From Gemmatimonadota bacterium (GTDB lineage Bacteria; Gemmatimonadota; Gemmatimonadetes; Longimicrobiales; Gaopeijiaceae), in the NCBI GenBank assembly GCA_039589315.1, contig JBDHHQ010000042.1, positions 1 through 64,000 on the forward strand: DNA of 64,000 nt, written 5' to 3'. This document shows positions 20,161 to 30,459 of the stretch, one piece after another. The translations under genes were made by a program, and so were the position numbers. The notes under the pieces are model-generated. The model was not told where the DNA came from, searched no databases, and saw only the letters and a program-made list of their open reading frames with translations. The stretch's first letter is position 1; each line of letters starts with the position of its first letter.

Positions 20161-22767
20161 ATGTCCGATCCCCTCACCCGCCTGAACGCTGCCCTCGAAG
20201 GCCGCTACCGTATCGAGCGTGAGCTCGGCGAGGGCGGCATGGCCAAGGTCTACGTCGCCAGCGACCTCAAACACGGGCGCAAGGTAGCCCTCAAGGTTCT
20301 GAAGCCCGAGCTCGCTGCGGTCGTGGGCGCAGAGCGCTTCCTGGCCGAGATCAGGACGACGGCCAACCTCCAGCACCCGCACATCCTACCGCTCTTCGAC
20401 TCGGGCGAAGCGGATTCGTTCCTCTTCTACGCCATGCCGTACGTCGAGGGAGAAAGCCTCAGGGAGAGGCTCCGCCAGGAGCGCCAGCTCCCTGTTGACG
20501 ATGCGGTGCAGATCGCGATCAACATCGCCGAGGCTCTCGATTACGCTCACCAGCGGGGTGTCGTCCATCGCGACATCAAGCCTGCGAACATCCTCCTGCA
20601 GGCTGGTCAGCCTGTGATTGCCGACTTCGGGATCGCACTCGCGGTTGGGGGTGCGGGAGAGGCTCGCCTCACCGAAACGGGGCTCAGTCTCGGCACGCCA
20701 CACTACATGAGTCCCGAGCAGGCGACGGGAGACCAGAGGGTCGGTGCCGCGACGGACATCTACGCACTCGGGTGCGTCCTCTACGAGATGCTCGTAGGAG
20801 AGCCGCCATATACGGGCAGTACGCCGCAGGCCATCCTGGGAAAGATCATCGCCAGCGACCCGGAGTCGGTCACGGCCCAGCGGCCGTCGGTTCCCGCGGC
20901 TGTGGACGCAGCGATCGCGAAGGCGCTCGAGGGCCTCGCAGCCGATCGATTTGCGACCGCTGGACGGTTTGCGGAGGCGCTCAGGGACCCCAACTTCCAA
21001 ACAGTCCCCCGCACAGCCGCCACGGCCAAGCGTGCCAGCTCGCCGGGACGCTGGGTGTGGCCGGCCGCGACGATCCTTGCGGCGGCCGTCGCTCTTTGGG
21101 GCTGGCTGCGCCCGGAGGCGCCGCGCCCGGTGGCTCGGACCCAGATCGCGCTGCTCGAGGGTCTGCGCGTGGGTTCGTCCTCGGGCAGCTATCCCCTGGC
21201 CATCACGCGCGACGGCCGTCGAGTGGCCTTCGTGGGCGAGGACGATGGCGGCTCGACTCTGTTCACACGCGCCCTCGACGAACGGGCTCCGACGGCGCTC
21301 GGGGGGACCGGAGGAGGCCGTCAACCGTTCTTCTCTCCCGACGGAGAATGGGTGGGATACTTCGCCGAGGGTCGCCTCAACCGTGTGTCGATCGTCGGTG
21401 GAGCGCCGATCGCGATCACCTCCCTGCCGTCCCGGTCGACGTATGGTGCCAGCTGGGGAGCCGATGGCACGATCGTCTTCAGCGCGGGACCGAGCCTCTA
21501 CCGCGTGTCCGCCGCGGGAGGGGACGCCGAGGCGTTCGCGCTGGCGTTGGAGGGCGATGGTCGGCGGGGCGCCGATTCGACTGCCAACGCGGGCAGCCCC
21601 CGTTGGCCCCACCACCTGCCGGACGGCCGGCACGTGCTGGTGAGTGTGCCAGAAGGCACTGCGGTCGTCGAGCTCGGCAGCGGGAATGCGCGTCTCCTGT
21701 TCCAGGGCACCCAGGCCCGCTTCGTCCCGCCCAGGTACCTCGTGTTCAACGCGGGGGAAGAGAGGCTCCGCGCGGTCGGTTTCGATCTCGGCCGAATCGA
21801 GGTAGTGGGCGCGGCAGTTCCGGCCGTGGAGGGTGTGTTTCGAGCTCCCGGAGGTGGTGCGGCTGCCTTCGCCGTGTCGGAGACAGGCACGCTCGTATTC
21901 GTGCCAGGGGGCTTCGACCGCTCCCTCTGGCTCGTGGACCAGGACGGTCGCGAAGAGCGAGTCCCAGTCGATCCCCGGGGCTATCGCTGGCCGCGGGTCT
22001 CGCCGGATGGCCTTCGTCTCGCAGTGGTCGTGGATCCGCGGCCCTCCCAACTCTGGCTCGTCGATCTCGAGCGAAGAACGTCCGAGCCGCTCACGAGCGA
22101 GGGGCATCACGTAAACCCGGCCTGGGCGCCCGACGCGGAGCGACTCGTGTTCTCGTTGGGGAATGACCTTCACGAGATGCCCTGGAGGTCCCCCGCGTCC
22201 CTGAGGCGAATCAGCGACCGCCCCCTGCCGCAGTACATGCCGTCGTGGTCGATCGATGACTTCGTGATCGTAAACGAGCCCAACCCTGAAAGCGGATGGG
22301 ATCTCATTTCGGTCGACGTTTCGGACGGGTCATCCAGCTCGTTCGAGGTCACGCCGGCGAACGAGATCGTTCCGATGTTTTCTCCCGATGGACGCTGGAT
22401 TGCCTATGCCTCCGACGCCTCCGGCAGATTCGAGGTCTATGTGAGGGCATTCCCCGGCCCGGGTCCGCGCCACACGGTCTCCCTGGACGGGGGATTGGAT
22501 CCCAAGTGGTCAGCAGCGGGTGACGTGATCTTCTACCGGAGCGTTGACCGGCTGTGGGCCGCGGACGTGAGGTCCTCAGCGGGCTTTTCGATCGACCCCC
22601 CACGAGAGCTTTTCGATCTTGCCGGATACGACTTCTCACAACCGAACAATTGGGACGTCACGCCCGACGGACGCTTCGTGATGGTGAAGAGCGATCCCTC
22701 GATGCTCCGCCGACTCGAGCTGGTGCAGAATCTCTCCGCCGACCTCAGGCAGCGAATGGGGAACTGA
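20161..22767 (+). CDS. Ser/Thr protein kinase - TM - TolB/PD40 propeller (paralog 1)
   Basis: VALK, HRDIKPAN, DFG, GTPHYMSPE; TM helix; SPDG repeats. Confidence 0.93.
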   Translation: MSDPLTRLNAALEGRYRIERELGEGGMAKVYVASDLKHGRKVALKVLKPELAAVVGAERFLAEIRTTANLQHPHILPLFDSGEADSFLFYAMPYVEGESLRERLRQERQLPVDDAVQIAINIAEALDYAHQRGVVHRDIKPANILLQAGQPVIADFGIALAVGGAGEARLTETGLSLGTPHYMSPEQATGDQRVGAATDIYALGCVLYEMLVGEPPYTGSTPQAILGKIIASDPESVTAQRPSVPAAVDAAIAKALEGLAADRFATAGRFAEALRDPNFQTVPRTAATAKRASSPGRWVWPAATILAAAVALWGWLRPEAPRPVARTQIALLEGLRVGSSSGSYPLAITRDGRRVAFVGEDDGGSTLFTRALDERAPTALGGTGGGRQPFFSPDGEWVGYFAEGRLNRVSIVGGAPIAITSLPSRSTYGASWGADGTIVFSAGPSLYRVSAAGGDAEAFALALEGDGRRGADSTANAGSPRWPHHLPDGRHVLVSVPEGTAVVELGSGNARLLFQGTQARFVPPRYLVFNAGEERLRAVGFDLGRIEVVGAAVPAVEGVFRAPGGGAAAFAVSETGTLVFVPGGFDRSLWLVDQDGREERVPVDPRGYRWPRVSPDGLRLAVVVDPRPSQLWLVDLERRTSEPLTSEGHHVNPAWAPDAERLVFSLGNDLHEMPWRSPASLRRISDRPLPQYMPSWSIDDFVIVNEPNPESGWDLISVDVSDGSSSSFEVTPANEIVPMFSPDGRWIAYASDASGRFEVYVRAFPGPGPRHTVSLDGGLDPKWSAAGDVIFYRSVDRLWAADVRSSAGFSIDPPRELFDLAGYDFSQPNNWDVTPDGRFVMVKSDPSMLRRLELVQNLSADLRQRMGN

Positions 22768-22808
22768 TGTGCGAGGCGTCTGGCGTGCGACGCTGACTCC
22801 GGCCGGGC

Positions 22809-22890
22809 CAGTTGAATCTCCCTCACCGCGTGACCCCATTCATGATTCCGGAGGGATCCCGATCGGGCGAGGCACACTTCTGGAAGCTTC
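22809..22890 (+). repeat. att-like element, internally deleted copy (degenerate core plus last GGCACAC)
   Basis: TGAATC...CGCGTGACCCCATTCA (core 22831-22842) then GGCACACTTCTG at 22871. Confidence 0.6.
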
Positions 22891-23049
22891 GACGGGTCAG
22901 CCCCAGGACGATCCGAACGGACACATTCGGAGCGCTACCCAGGGCCGCGGCGCGCGTTTCGTTGACGTAGACAAAGACTTACCCGTTGGCGCTATCTTCG
23001 CGGGCGCAAGAAGGGCGCCGTTCTGTGATTGTATCTTCCAACACGAGGC

Positions 23050-24021
23050 ATGCCGGTGACAACCGTACTCGAGCTCGACGAGATCAAGTCTCTTCTCGAC
23101 ACACCACAGCTGATCCAGGAGATCGAAACCGGGTTTGTTCTCTATTCCGAAGGCAGGGTGAACGTCCCTCCGGTTGGGTTCTTACACTTTGACGACCCTC
23201 CAGGCGACGTTCACATCAAGTACGGCTTCATATCCGGCGGCGAGTACTACGTCCTGAAGATGGCATCCGGGTTCTACAACAACCCCGAGCTCGACCTGCC
23301 CGTCGCTGACGGCGTGATCTTGGTCTTCAGTCAGAAGACCGGAGAGCTCGAGCTGATCCTGTTGGACAAATGCTGGCTCACCGACATGCGCACCGCTGCG
23401 GCGGGAGCGGTCGCAGCGAAGCACCTGGCGCCGAAGACCATACATCAGATCGGCATCGTCGGAACTGGCGTGCAGGCGAGGATGCAGCTGGAAATGCTGC
23501 GCACGGTCGTTGACTGCCGGAGCTGCCTCGTCTGGGGCAGGGATTCGACCAAAGTGCAGAGCATGCTCGACGATCTTCAAGCGAACGAGAGCATCCAGGC
23601 CTGGGGGTTGGATATCCAGGCGGCTGAGACCCTGGACGATCTGGTCGCGCAGTGCGATCTCATCGTCACGACGACCTCGGCCAAGAGTGCCTTGATCCGG
23701 GCCGATCAAGTGAGAAAGGGCACGCATATCACCGCGATGGGGTCCGACGATGACGGCAAGCAGGAGCTCGAAGCCGCGGTCTTGGCGAAGGCTGATCGAG
23801 TCGTCGCGGACAGCGTCTCACAGTGCAGCCGATACGGCGAGTGCGTTCATGCGATTCAAGCGGGGCTGATCGAGGAAGATGCCATTCTCGAGCTGGGCCA
23901 AGTGATCAAGAACCCCGAGATCGGACGAACCAGCGAGGACCAGATCACCGTAGCAGACCTGACCGGAGTCGCGGTCCAGGACATCCAAATCGCCAAGATG
24001 ATCGACCGCTACAGAGGGTAG
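23050..24021 (+). CDS. Ornithine cyclodeaminase/mu-crystallin family protein
   Basis: LTDMRTAAAG, GTGVQA, HITAMGSD, DLTGVAVQD. Confidence 0.92.
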   Translation: MPVTTVLELDEIKSLLDTPQLIQEIETGFVLYSEGRVNVPPVGFLHFDDPPGDVHIKYGFISGGEYYVLKMASGFYNNPELDLPVADGVILVFSQKTGELELILLDKCWLTDMRTAAAGAVAAKHLAPKTIHQIGIVGTGVQARMQLEMLRTVVDCRSCLVWGRDSTKVQSMLDDLQANESIQAWGLDIQAAETLDDLVAQCDLIVTTTSAKSALIRADQVRKGTHITAMGSDDDGKQELEAAVLAKADRVVADSVSQCSRYGECVHAIQAGLIEEDAILELGQVIKNPEIGRTSEDQITVADLTGVAVQDIQIAKMIDRYRG

Positions 24022-24044
24022 GATCAGCACGACCGAGGACACAT

Positions 24045-25022
24045 ATGACCATCCAGATTCAACAGCAGCTCGATGTCCCCCGGCTGGTTCTCGAGGCCAG
24101 CGAAAGGTGCAAGGACCACCTCTCGCCCACACCGCTCGAGTACTCGATGTATCTGAGCGAGCAGATCGACGGCGAAGTCTGGCTCAAGCTGGATTCGATG
24201 CAGCGAACCTCGTCGTTCAAGTTTCGTGGTGCGATCAACAAAGTCCTTTCGCTCGCGGAATCAGAGCTCGAGCGGGGCGTGGTCTCGGCGTCGACCGGGA
24301 ACTACGCCCTGGCGGTCGCAGAGGCGGTGAGAATCAGAGGACACCGCGCCACCATCTACGTAGCCGAGGACATGGATCCGTCGCGCCTGGCGCTGTTGAG
24401 GGCTCATGGACTGGACCTGGTGATCCATGGCGCCCTTGCCTGGGATGCCGAGAAGGAAGCGCGACGCGTGGCTGAGGAGGACGGCAAGATCTACGTGTCA
24501 CCCTACAACGATCCCCTCGTGGTTGGGGGACAGGGAACGTGCGGTCACGAGATCTCCAGGCAGCTTCCCGATCTGGACGCGGGCTTCTTCGCCTGCGGGG
24601 CCGGGGGACTGCTCACCGGGTCGGCAGGCTGGCTGAAGTCCCATAACCCCGACGTCGAGGCCTTCGGCGTCTCGCCGGAGAACTCCCCCGTCATGTACGA
24701 ATCCATGCGCGCCAACGAGATAGTCGAGATGGAGACGTACCCGACTCTGGCAGACACCTGTGCCGGCGGGGTGGATCTGGACAGCATCACTTTGGATCTG
24801 TGTCGACGCTACGTCGACGAGATCGTGTTGCTCACCGAGGCGGAGATCAGAGCATCCGTCCGACTGCTGTTCGAGCAGCATCGCCTCGTCGTGGAGGGCT
24901 CAGGAGCGTTGGCGGTCGGGGGTCTCCTGAAGCGGAAAGAGCAGTTCAGGGGCAAGAAGGTGGTCGCTGTCGTGTGCGGACGGAACATCGATCTGGAAGT
25001 GTTCAAAGAGATCATTCAGTAG
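24045..25022 (+). CDS. Threonine/serine dehydratase family PLP enzyme
   Basis: SFKFRGA PLP-lysine motif, STGN, GQGT, GAGGLL, EGSGA, VCGRN. Confidence 0.88.
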   Translation: MTIQIQQQLDVPRLVLEASERCKDHLSPTPLEYSMYLSEQIDGEVWLKLDSMQRTSSFKFRGAINKVLSLAESELERGVVSASTGNYALAVAEAVRIRGHRATIYVAEDMDPSRLALLRAHGLDLVIHGALAWDAEKEARRVAEEDGKIYVSPYNDPLVVGGQGTCGHEISRQLPDLDAGFFACGAGGLLTGSAGWLKSHNPDVEAFGVSPENSPVMYESMRANEIVEMETYPTLADTCAGGVDLDSITLDLCRRYVDEIVLLTEAEIRASVRLLFEQHRLVVEGSGALAVGGLLKRKEQFRGKKVVAVVCGRNIDLEVFKEIIQ

Positions 25023-25077
25023 GGGTGTCGGACGCGGAGGCCGTAATTCAGATCGACTCCCAAGTAGTGAGTCCCTT

Positions 25078-26118
25078 GTGAAGCGAGTCAGGTTGGCCTT
25101 GGTCGGCGTCGGCAACGTGGGACGCCGTGTGCTCGGCCTTCTCGCCGAGCACGACGACACGCTCAGAGCAGAATACGACGTCGCTTTCAGTGTCCACTGC
25201 GTCATGGACAGCAGCGGGGTCGCAATCAGTGACGGGTTCGATCTCAATCGCCTGTTGAAACACAAGCTGGCTGGGCGTAAGCTTCGCGAGTTACCGGAGT
25301 TTCGCGAGGGTCTCGCCCCGGTGAGGGCGCTCGACAGCGTCCAGTGCGACATCCTCTTGGAAGCGTCTCCGGTCAACCTCGAAACCGGCGAGCCGGGTCT
25401 CTCGCTTTGCCGCACCGCGCTCCAGCACGGGCTGCACGTTGCGTTGGCCAACAAGGCCCCGTTGGCGCTTGCCCACGAGGAGCTCGACCGTCTCGCGACC
25501 GCCGCGGGGGTGGGGATCCTCTACAGCGCGACGTTCTGTGGCGGGCTGCCCGTGCTGAACATCATCAGGCGCGACATGGTGTGCGGCAGGGTATTGGCCC
25601 TCCGAGGGATCTTCAACGGAACGACGAACTTCATTCTCGATGAAATGCTCAGTGGACGCGCCTACGCTGATGCGCTCCGCGAAGCACAGGAAAGAGGCAT
25701 TGCGGAAGCCGATCCGAGCATCGACGTGGGTGGCTGGGACACGGCGGCAAAGCTCGTCATCGCCGCCAATACGATCGGAGACACGATGATCACGCTCTCC
25801 GACGTGGATGTGACTGGCATCGAGGACGTGCAGGCCGATCGGCTGCAGGAGTGCCATCGGAGTGGGTCGGTACTCAAGCTGGTGGCTACTGCCGAACGTA
25901 TCGACGGCGAATGGCGTTTCCGGGTCGAACCGACGCCCGTGCCGAGCTCGAGCTTCCTTGGCGGATGCACCGGTTGGGAGATGGCAGTCGAGATCGAGAG
26001 TGATATCTACGGAAGGACCTTCCACAAACTGTGGGAGCGTGAACCCGTACCGACTGCCGCGTCCATGCTCAGAGACGCGGTGCACTTGGCTACGATGGGT
26101 CGCCAGGCTTCGCTCTAA
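25078..26118 (+). CDS. hom: Homoserine dehydrogenase (no ACT domain)
   Basis: GVGNVG, ANKAP, GGLP, GIFNGTTNFIL, AEADPSIDVGGWDTAAK. Confidence 0.85.
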   Translation: MKRVRLALVGVGNVGRRVLGLLAEHDDTLRAEYDVAFSVHCVMDSSGVAISDGFDLNRLLKHKLAGRKLRELPEFREGLAPVRALDSVQCDILLEASPVNLETGEPGLSLCRTALQHGLHVALANKAPLALAHEELDRLATAAGVGILYSATFCGGLPVLNIIRRDMVCGRVLALRGIFNGTTNFILDEMLSGRAYADALREAQERGIAEADPSIDVGGWDTAAKLVIAANTIGDTMITLSDVDVTGIEDVQADRLQECHRSGSVLKLVATAERIDGEWRFRVEPTPVPSSSFLGGCTGWEMAVEIESDIYGRTFHKLWEREPVPTAASMLRDAVHLATMGRQASL

Positions 26119-26228
26119 CTCCAATCAAGGCGCTCCGCAGGAGCAAGGATCTTCGGGAATGCGCCGAAACGGGATTCGGTGCGCGCGGAGCCGGCGTGCT
26201 GCGGGGCAACTCGCCCTAGACCGGGGGA

Positions 26229-29114
26229 TCAACGTGTAACCAGTGGGTCCTCCCGCACCCGCATCGTGCCCGTGTAGACGTCCGACCCCACCGTGAGGGT
26301 CAGCAGGTACGACCCGGCTCCCGCCATGGGAACGTCGAACTCGGGACCGAGGCCAAAGTCGAAGAAGGGGTTCCGAAGCACGGATGCCGCCATCCGCTCC
26401 TCGAGCGGGGTCGAGGCTGCCTCGAACCGGGCCTGGGCCGCCCGGATCCGGTTCGCGAAGAAGCTGCTGACGGTGATGGCGCGGTCGAACGCGGCGTTGA
26501 CCTGCGCCTTCTGCTCGGCCGTGAGCGGGTCCGGATCGAAGGCCAGGTCCCAGCGGGCACGATGTATTCCGGGGCTGCCATCCACCGTCAGAGTCCGGCG
26601 ATTCCGCCCGGAGACGTCCGCAATAGCCAGCGTCACGTCCTCCGCTCCATGGCCGATGTAGTACGACACGAGCGCTACGTTCCGGAACTCGGCCCGGGGC
26701 ACGCTGCTGGTGAGCTCGATGCTCGGAGGGTTTTCGCCCGCGAACCAGTGGTGCCCTCGCTGGCCGCCTCGGCTGGTGTTCTGCCACAACGTCGCCGGGC
26801 GCTGCCGGAACAGGTGCCCGGTCGACGCCATGACCGCGGGCGTGAGTTGCTGAAGCGGTCCGATGTCGTCCGCGATCCAGATACTGCGCCCGTGGGTCCC
26901 GGCCACCAGGTCCCCGTCCCGGGGGTGAATGACGAGATCCTGCGACGCCACCGTCGGCATGCCGTTCATGAACCCGTGCCAGCGCTGTCCGCCGTCGAGG
27001 GTGACGAACACGGCGAACTCGGTTCCCGCGAACAGGAGCTGCGGGTTCCTCGGGTCTTCGCGCACGACGTGGATCACCTGACCGTCGGGGATGTCGCCCG
27101 TGATATTCTCCCAATTGCGGCCGAAGTCCGTGGTCTTGAAGATCCAGGGTGTGAAGACGTCGCTCCGGTGACCGTCGAACGTGACATACGACGTGCCGCT
27201 ATCGAAGTGGGACGCCTCGACCCGTCCGACCCATATGCCATCCGGGACGTCAGGTACGTTGTCTCGCACGTTCGTCCACGTTGCACCGCCGTCCTGGGTG
27301 ACCTGGACATTGCCGTCGTCGGTCCCGGCCCAGATGACGGCGGGGTCGATGGGCGAGGGGGATACCGACGTGAGGCTCGCATGCGTCTCGGCCCCCGAGC
27401 CCTCCCGAGTCAGCCCTCCGTTCCCTTCGGTCGATATCTTCTCCGGATCCGCGTTGGAAAGGTCAGGGCTGATGATCGTCCAGGTCTCGCCTTTGTCTGT
27501 CGTCTTGAACAGGTAGTTCCCGCCGAGGAACAGGTTCGAAGGATCGTGGGGCGACATGACCAGGGGCGCCGACCAGTTGAAGCGGAACTCCCGGCCGGCA
27601 GCCCGCTCCTGGGTCGGGACCCGGTCCGTGTAGTTCGTGATGGTGCGTGGGTTGGGTCGGGACCCGGAGAACTCGTGAGTCTCCACGTTATACCGGCGGA
27701 AGCTCCCACCCTCGGCCTCCGTGTACAGCGTCCGCCAATCCGTAGGATCGACCTGGATATCCTGTCCATCGCCCCAGTGGAGCTTCCAGTTGGAGTCACT
27801 GAGGATGCCGCGGGCGTCCCGACTGAAGCTCGGGCCACCGTAGGTGCCGTTGTCCTGAAGTCCCCCGTACACGTAGTACGGGTCGCGCATGTCGACGCCG
27901 ATCCGGTAGTACTGGCCGAGGGCGATGTTGTCGAGGAACAGGAAGTTCTCGCCGTGGTCGTGCGTCAGGAACGCGCCCTTGTCCTGGCCGATGTAGTACC
28001 GGTCCCGGTTGCCGGGGTCCAGCCACATTGCGTGGAAGTCGCCGTGGATCTCCTCGTCTTCGCTGCCGTTTAGCAGGGTCGTCCCACCGTCCTCGGAAAC
28101 CATGAAGCGGGTGGTGAGCACATACACCCGCTGGTCGTCCTGGGGGTTGATCCGGATCTGCGAGTAGTAGAAGGGTCGGTTGTTGTACGTGTTCACGTAG
28201 GTCCATGACGCGCCGGCATCCTCGGACCGGTAGATGCCGGACCCGGGGCGATTCAGGTCGCCGGTCTGCTCCGCCTCGACGATCGCCATGAGGGTGGACG
28301 GATCCTGCCGGTAGATGGCCAGACCGATCCTGCCCGTCTCGCCTTCGGGGAGACCCCGCGTGAGCTTCGTCCAACTCGCTCCGCCGTCCGTCGACTTGAA
28401 GATCCCGCCGTTCGGACCCCCGCTGTCGAAGTGCCAGGGTTGGCGGATGCGCTCGTAGAACGCCACGTACAGCACGTCGGGGTCGGTGGGGTCCATGACG
28501 ATGTCCGTGGCCCCGGTTCGGCCGTCGTCCGGAAGACCGCCGGCGAGCTTGCTCCAGGCCCGACCGCCGTCGGTCGTCTTGAACAACCCACGGTCGCCGG
28601 AGAATCCCCACAAGTGCCCGACGGCCGCGACATAGGCCACGTCGGAGTCCGTTGGATGGGTCAGGACCCGGGCGATCTGATGGGTGTCCTCCAAGCCAAG
28701 GTGGCGGAAGGATGCGCCGCCGTCGTCGGATCGGTAGACGCCGTTGCCCCAGCTCACACTGTTCCGGTTGTTCGCCTCGCCCGTGCCGACCCACACGATG
28801 TCGGGGTCGGGCTGGAACACCGCGATGTCCCCGACGGAGACGACCGGGTAGTCGTCGAAGATCGGGGTCCACGACGTGCCCGCATTCGCGGATTTCCACA
28901 CTCCACCCGAGGCCGTGCCCAGGTAGACCTGCGTGAAGTCGTCGTTGACCGCTTCGATGTCCACGATGCGGCCGCCCATGTTTGCCGGTCCGATGTTCCG
29001 CCAGCGAAAGGACTGGAGGAGCTGTTCGGGGGACGCCTGAGCCCAGACCGGTTCAACAAACGCCAGGAGGGCGACGACGACGCCACAAACGGTTCGGAGC
29101 GGGTTCCGGCGCAT
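26229..29114 (-). CDS. BNR/Asp-box (VPS10/sialidase-like) secreted protein
   Basis: WRNIGPANMGGRI, repeated S/T-x-D-G-G-x-S/T-W Asp-boxes, GGLQDNG, THGRS. Confidence 0.9.
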   Translation of the reverse strand: MRRNPLRTVCGVVVALLAFVEPVWAQASPEQLLQSFRWRNIGPANMGGRIVDIEAVNDDFTQVYLGTASGGVWKSANAGTSWTPIFDDYPVVSVGDIAVFQPDPDIVWVGTGEANNRNSVSWGNGVYRSDDGGASFRHLGLEDTHQIARVLTHPTDSDVAYVAAVGHLWGFSGDRGLFKTTDGGRAWSKLAGGLPDDGRTGATDIVMDPTDPDVLYVAFYERIRQPWHFDSGGPNGGIFKSTDGGASWTKLTRGLPEGETGRIGLAIYRQDPSTLMAIVEAEQTGDLNRPGSGIYRSEDAGASWTYVNTYNNRPFYYSQIRINPQDDQRVYVLTTRFMVSEDGGTTLLNGSEDEEIHGDFHAMWLDPGNRDRYYIGQDKGAFLTHDHGENFLFLDNIALGQYYRIGVDMRDPYYVYGGLQDNGTYGGPSFSRDARGILSDSNWKLHWGDGQDIQVDPTDWRTLYTEAEGGSFRRYNVETHEFSGSRPNPRTITNYTDRVPTQERAAGREFRFNWSAPLVMSPHDPSNLFLGGNYLFKTTDKGETWTIISPDLSNADPEKISTEGNGGLTREGSGAETHASLTSVSPSPIDPAVIWAGTDDGNVQVTQDGGATWTNVRDNVPDVPDGIWVGRVEASHFDSGTSYVTFDGHRSDVFTPWIFKTTDFGRNWENITGDIPDGQVIHVVREDPRNPQLLFAGTEFAVFVTLDGGQRWHGFMNGMPTVASQDLVIHPRDGDLVAGTHGRSIWIADDIGPLQQLTPAVMASTGHLFRQRPATLWQNTSRGGQRGHHWFAGENPPSIELTSSVPRAEFRNVALVSYYIGHGAEDVTLAIADVSGRNRRTLTVDGSPGIHRARWDLAFDPDPLTAEQKAQVNAAFDRAITVSSFFANRIRAAQARFEAASTPLEERMAASVLRNPFFDFGLGPEFDVPMAGAGSYLLTLTVGSDVYTGTMRVREDPLVTR

Positions 29115-29228
29115 GACGCTACTCCACGGTTCGGGGGATGGGCCGATCTATGGAGTCGTCTCGCGAGGGTCAAGGGCGCGAGCATCGGACGACTTGGAGC
29201 TTGCCGACCGGAGAGGGGTCCCGGTCGA

Positions 29229-29335
29229 GAGCGGCACACTCCCGCGGCGGACCTGGTGATGACGACCGAGAGCTCGCAAAGGTAAGTCGTGCGTTCTGTG
29301 ATGCACTGCCCTATCGTGGAGACCGGTTTCCCTGC
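29229..29335 (+). repeat. att-like element, degenerate distal part upstream of the MDR gene
   Basis: GCGGCACACT...GACCT and GTGCGT-N17-TATCGT match the element's 3' part. Confidence 0.55.
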
Positions 29336-29381
29336 CCGCCCCGATCCATCGCTCCATTCCCCAGACCTGACGGACAAGCAA

Positions 29382-30386
29382 ATGAAGGCTGTTGGATACT
29401 ACGACTGCCTACCGACCGACGACCCGGGGGCGCTTGTTGACCTCGAGCTACCGCGACCGGAACCCCGACCGCGTGATCTGCTGGTCGAGGTGTGTGCCAC
29501 CTCGGTCAACCCGGTGGACGTCAAGACCCGCCTTGGGCGGCCCGGTGCGCCGAACGAACCGCGCGTGCTGGGTTGGGATGTCTGTGGCAAAGTGGTCGGG
29601 ACTGGATCTTCAGTCAGTGCATTCACGATCGGTGACCGTGTCTGGTTCGCAGGTCAAATCGATCGCCCAGGAAGCAACGCAGAATTCGTTTGCGTGGATG
29701 AACGAATCGCAGCCCTCGCCCCGGCCAGCCTGACCGACGCGCAGGCTGCGGCACTCCCGTTGACCGGCCTGACCGCGTGGGAATGCCTGTTCGAGCGACT
29801 CGGCTATGAGACCGCGCCGGGCGATTCGAATGAGCGCACGCCGCTTTTGTTGATCAACGGTGCCGGAGGATTGGGCTCGATGATTCTGCAGCTAGGTGGG
29901 GTTGCGGGGATTGCCGTTACAGCGACGGCGAGCCGAACGGTCAGCCAGAACTGGTGTCGACAGATGGGTGCGAATTCCGTCATTCCTCACGCGGCTCTTG
30001 CCGAGCTGGATGACGCGTCCTTTCCTCGCATCGTGTGTGCTCACGACACCGATCTCTACTTTTCTGAAATGACCCGCCTCGTAGCGCCACAGGGGCTGGT
30101 GTGTGCCGTTGCCAGCGCCAAGCAACTCCACGACCTGCAGCCCATGATGGCGAAGAGCGCCGGCTTCGTCTGGGAATTGATGTTCACGCGCAGCCTGTTC
30201 CAAACCGCGGACATGGCCGAGCAAGGAAACATCCTCACCCGTCTAGCAATGATGGTGGACAGCGGCCTTGTCCAGTCTACCCTGACCGAAACACTGCAGG
30301 GGCTGATGGCGAGCACCTTCCTCGAAGCACACCGCAATCTGGAACAGGGCGGAATGATCGGTAAGCTGGTGATCGCTTACGATTGA
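29382..30386 (+). CDS. Zinc-binding alcohol dehydrogenase/quinone oxidoreductase (MDR) family
   Basis: SVNPVDVK, LGWD, ALPLTGLTAWE, NGAGGLG, WELMFTRS, IGKLVI. Confidence 0.9.
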   Translation: MKAVGYYDCLPTDDPGALVDLELPRPEPRPRDLLVEVCATSVNPVDVKTRLGRPGAPNEPRVLGWDVCGKVVGTGSSVSAFTIGDRVWFAGQIDRPGSNAEFVCVDERIAALAPASLTDAQAAALPLTGLTAWECLFERLGYETAPGDSNERTPLLLINGAGGLGSMILQLGGVAGIAVTATASRTVSQNWCRQMGANSVIPHAALAELDDASFPRIVCAHDTDLYFSEMTRLVAPQGLVCAVASAKQLHDLQPMMAKSAGFVWELMFTRSLFQTADMAEQGNILTRLAMMVDSGLVQSTLTETLQGLMASTFLEAHRNLEQGGMIGKLVIAYD

Positions 30387-30459
30387 GTGGCGCCCGCCGA
30401 TGGGTCCACCGATTCCTGACGCTCGTGCTCGGCTCGCCGCCGAACGCCTCGCCCTCCGG

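Noticed and set aside
20386..22173. Long antisense and alternate-frame ORFs across the window
   Set aside because: Shadow ORFs typical of high-GC coding DNA overlapping well-supported genes
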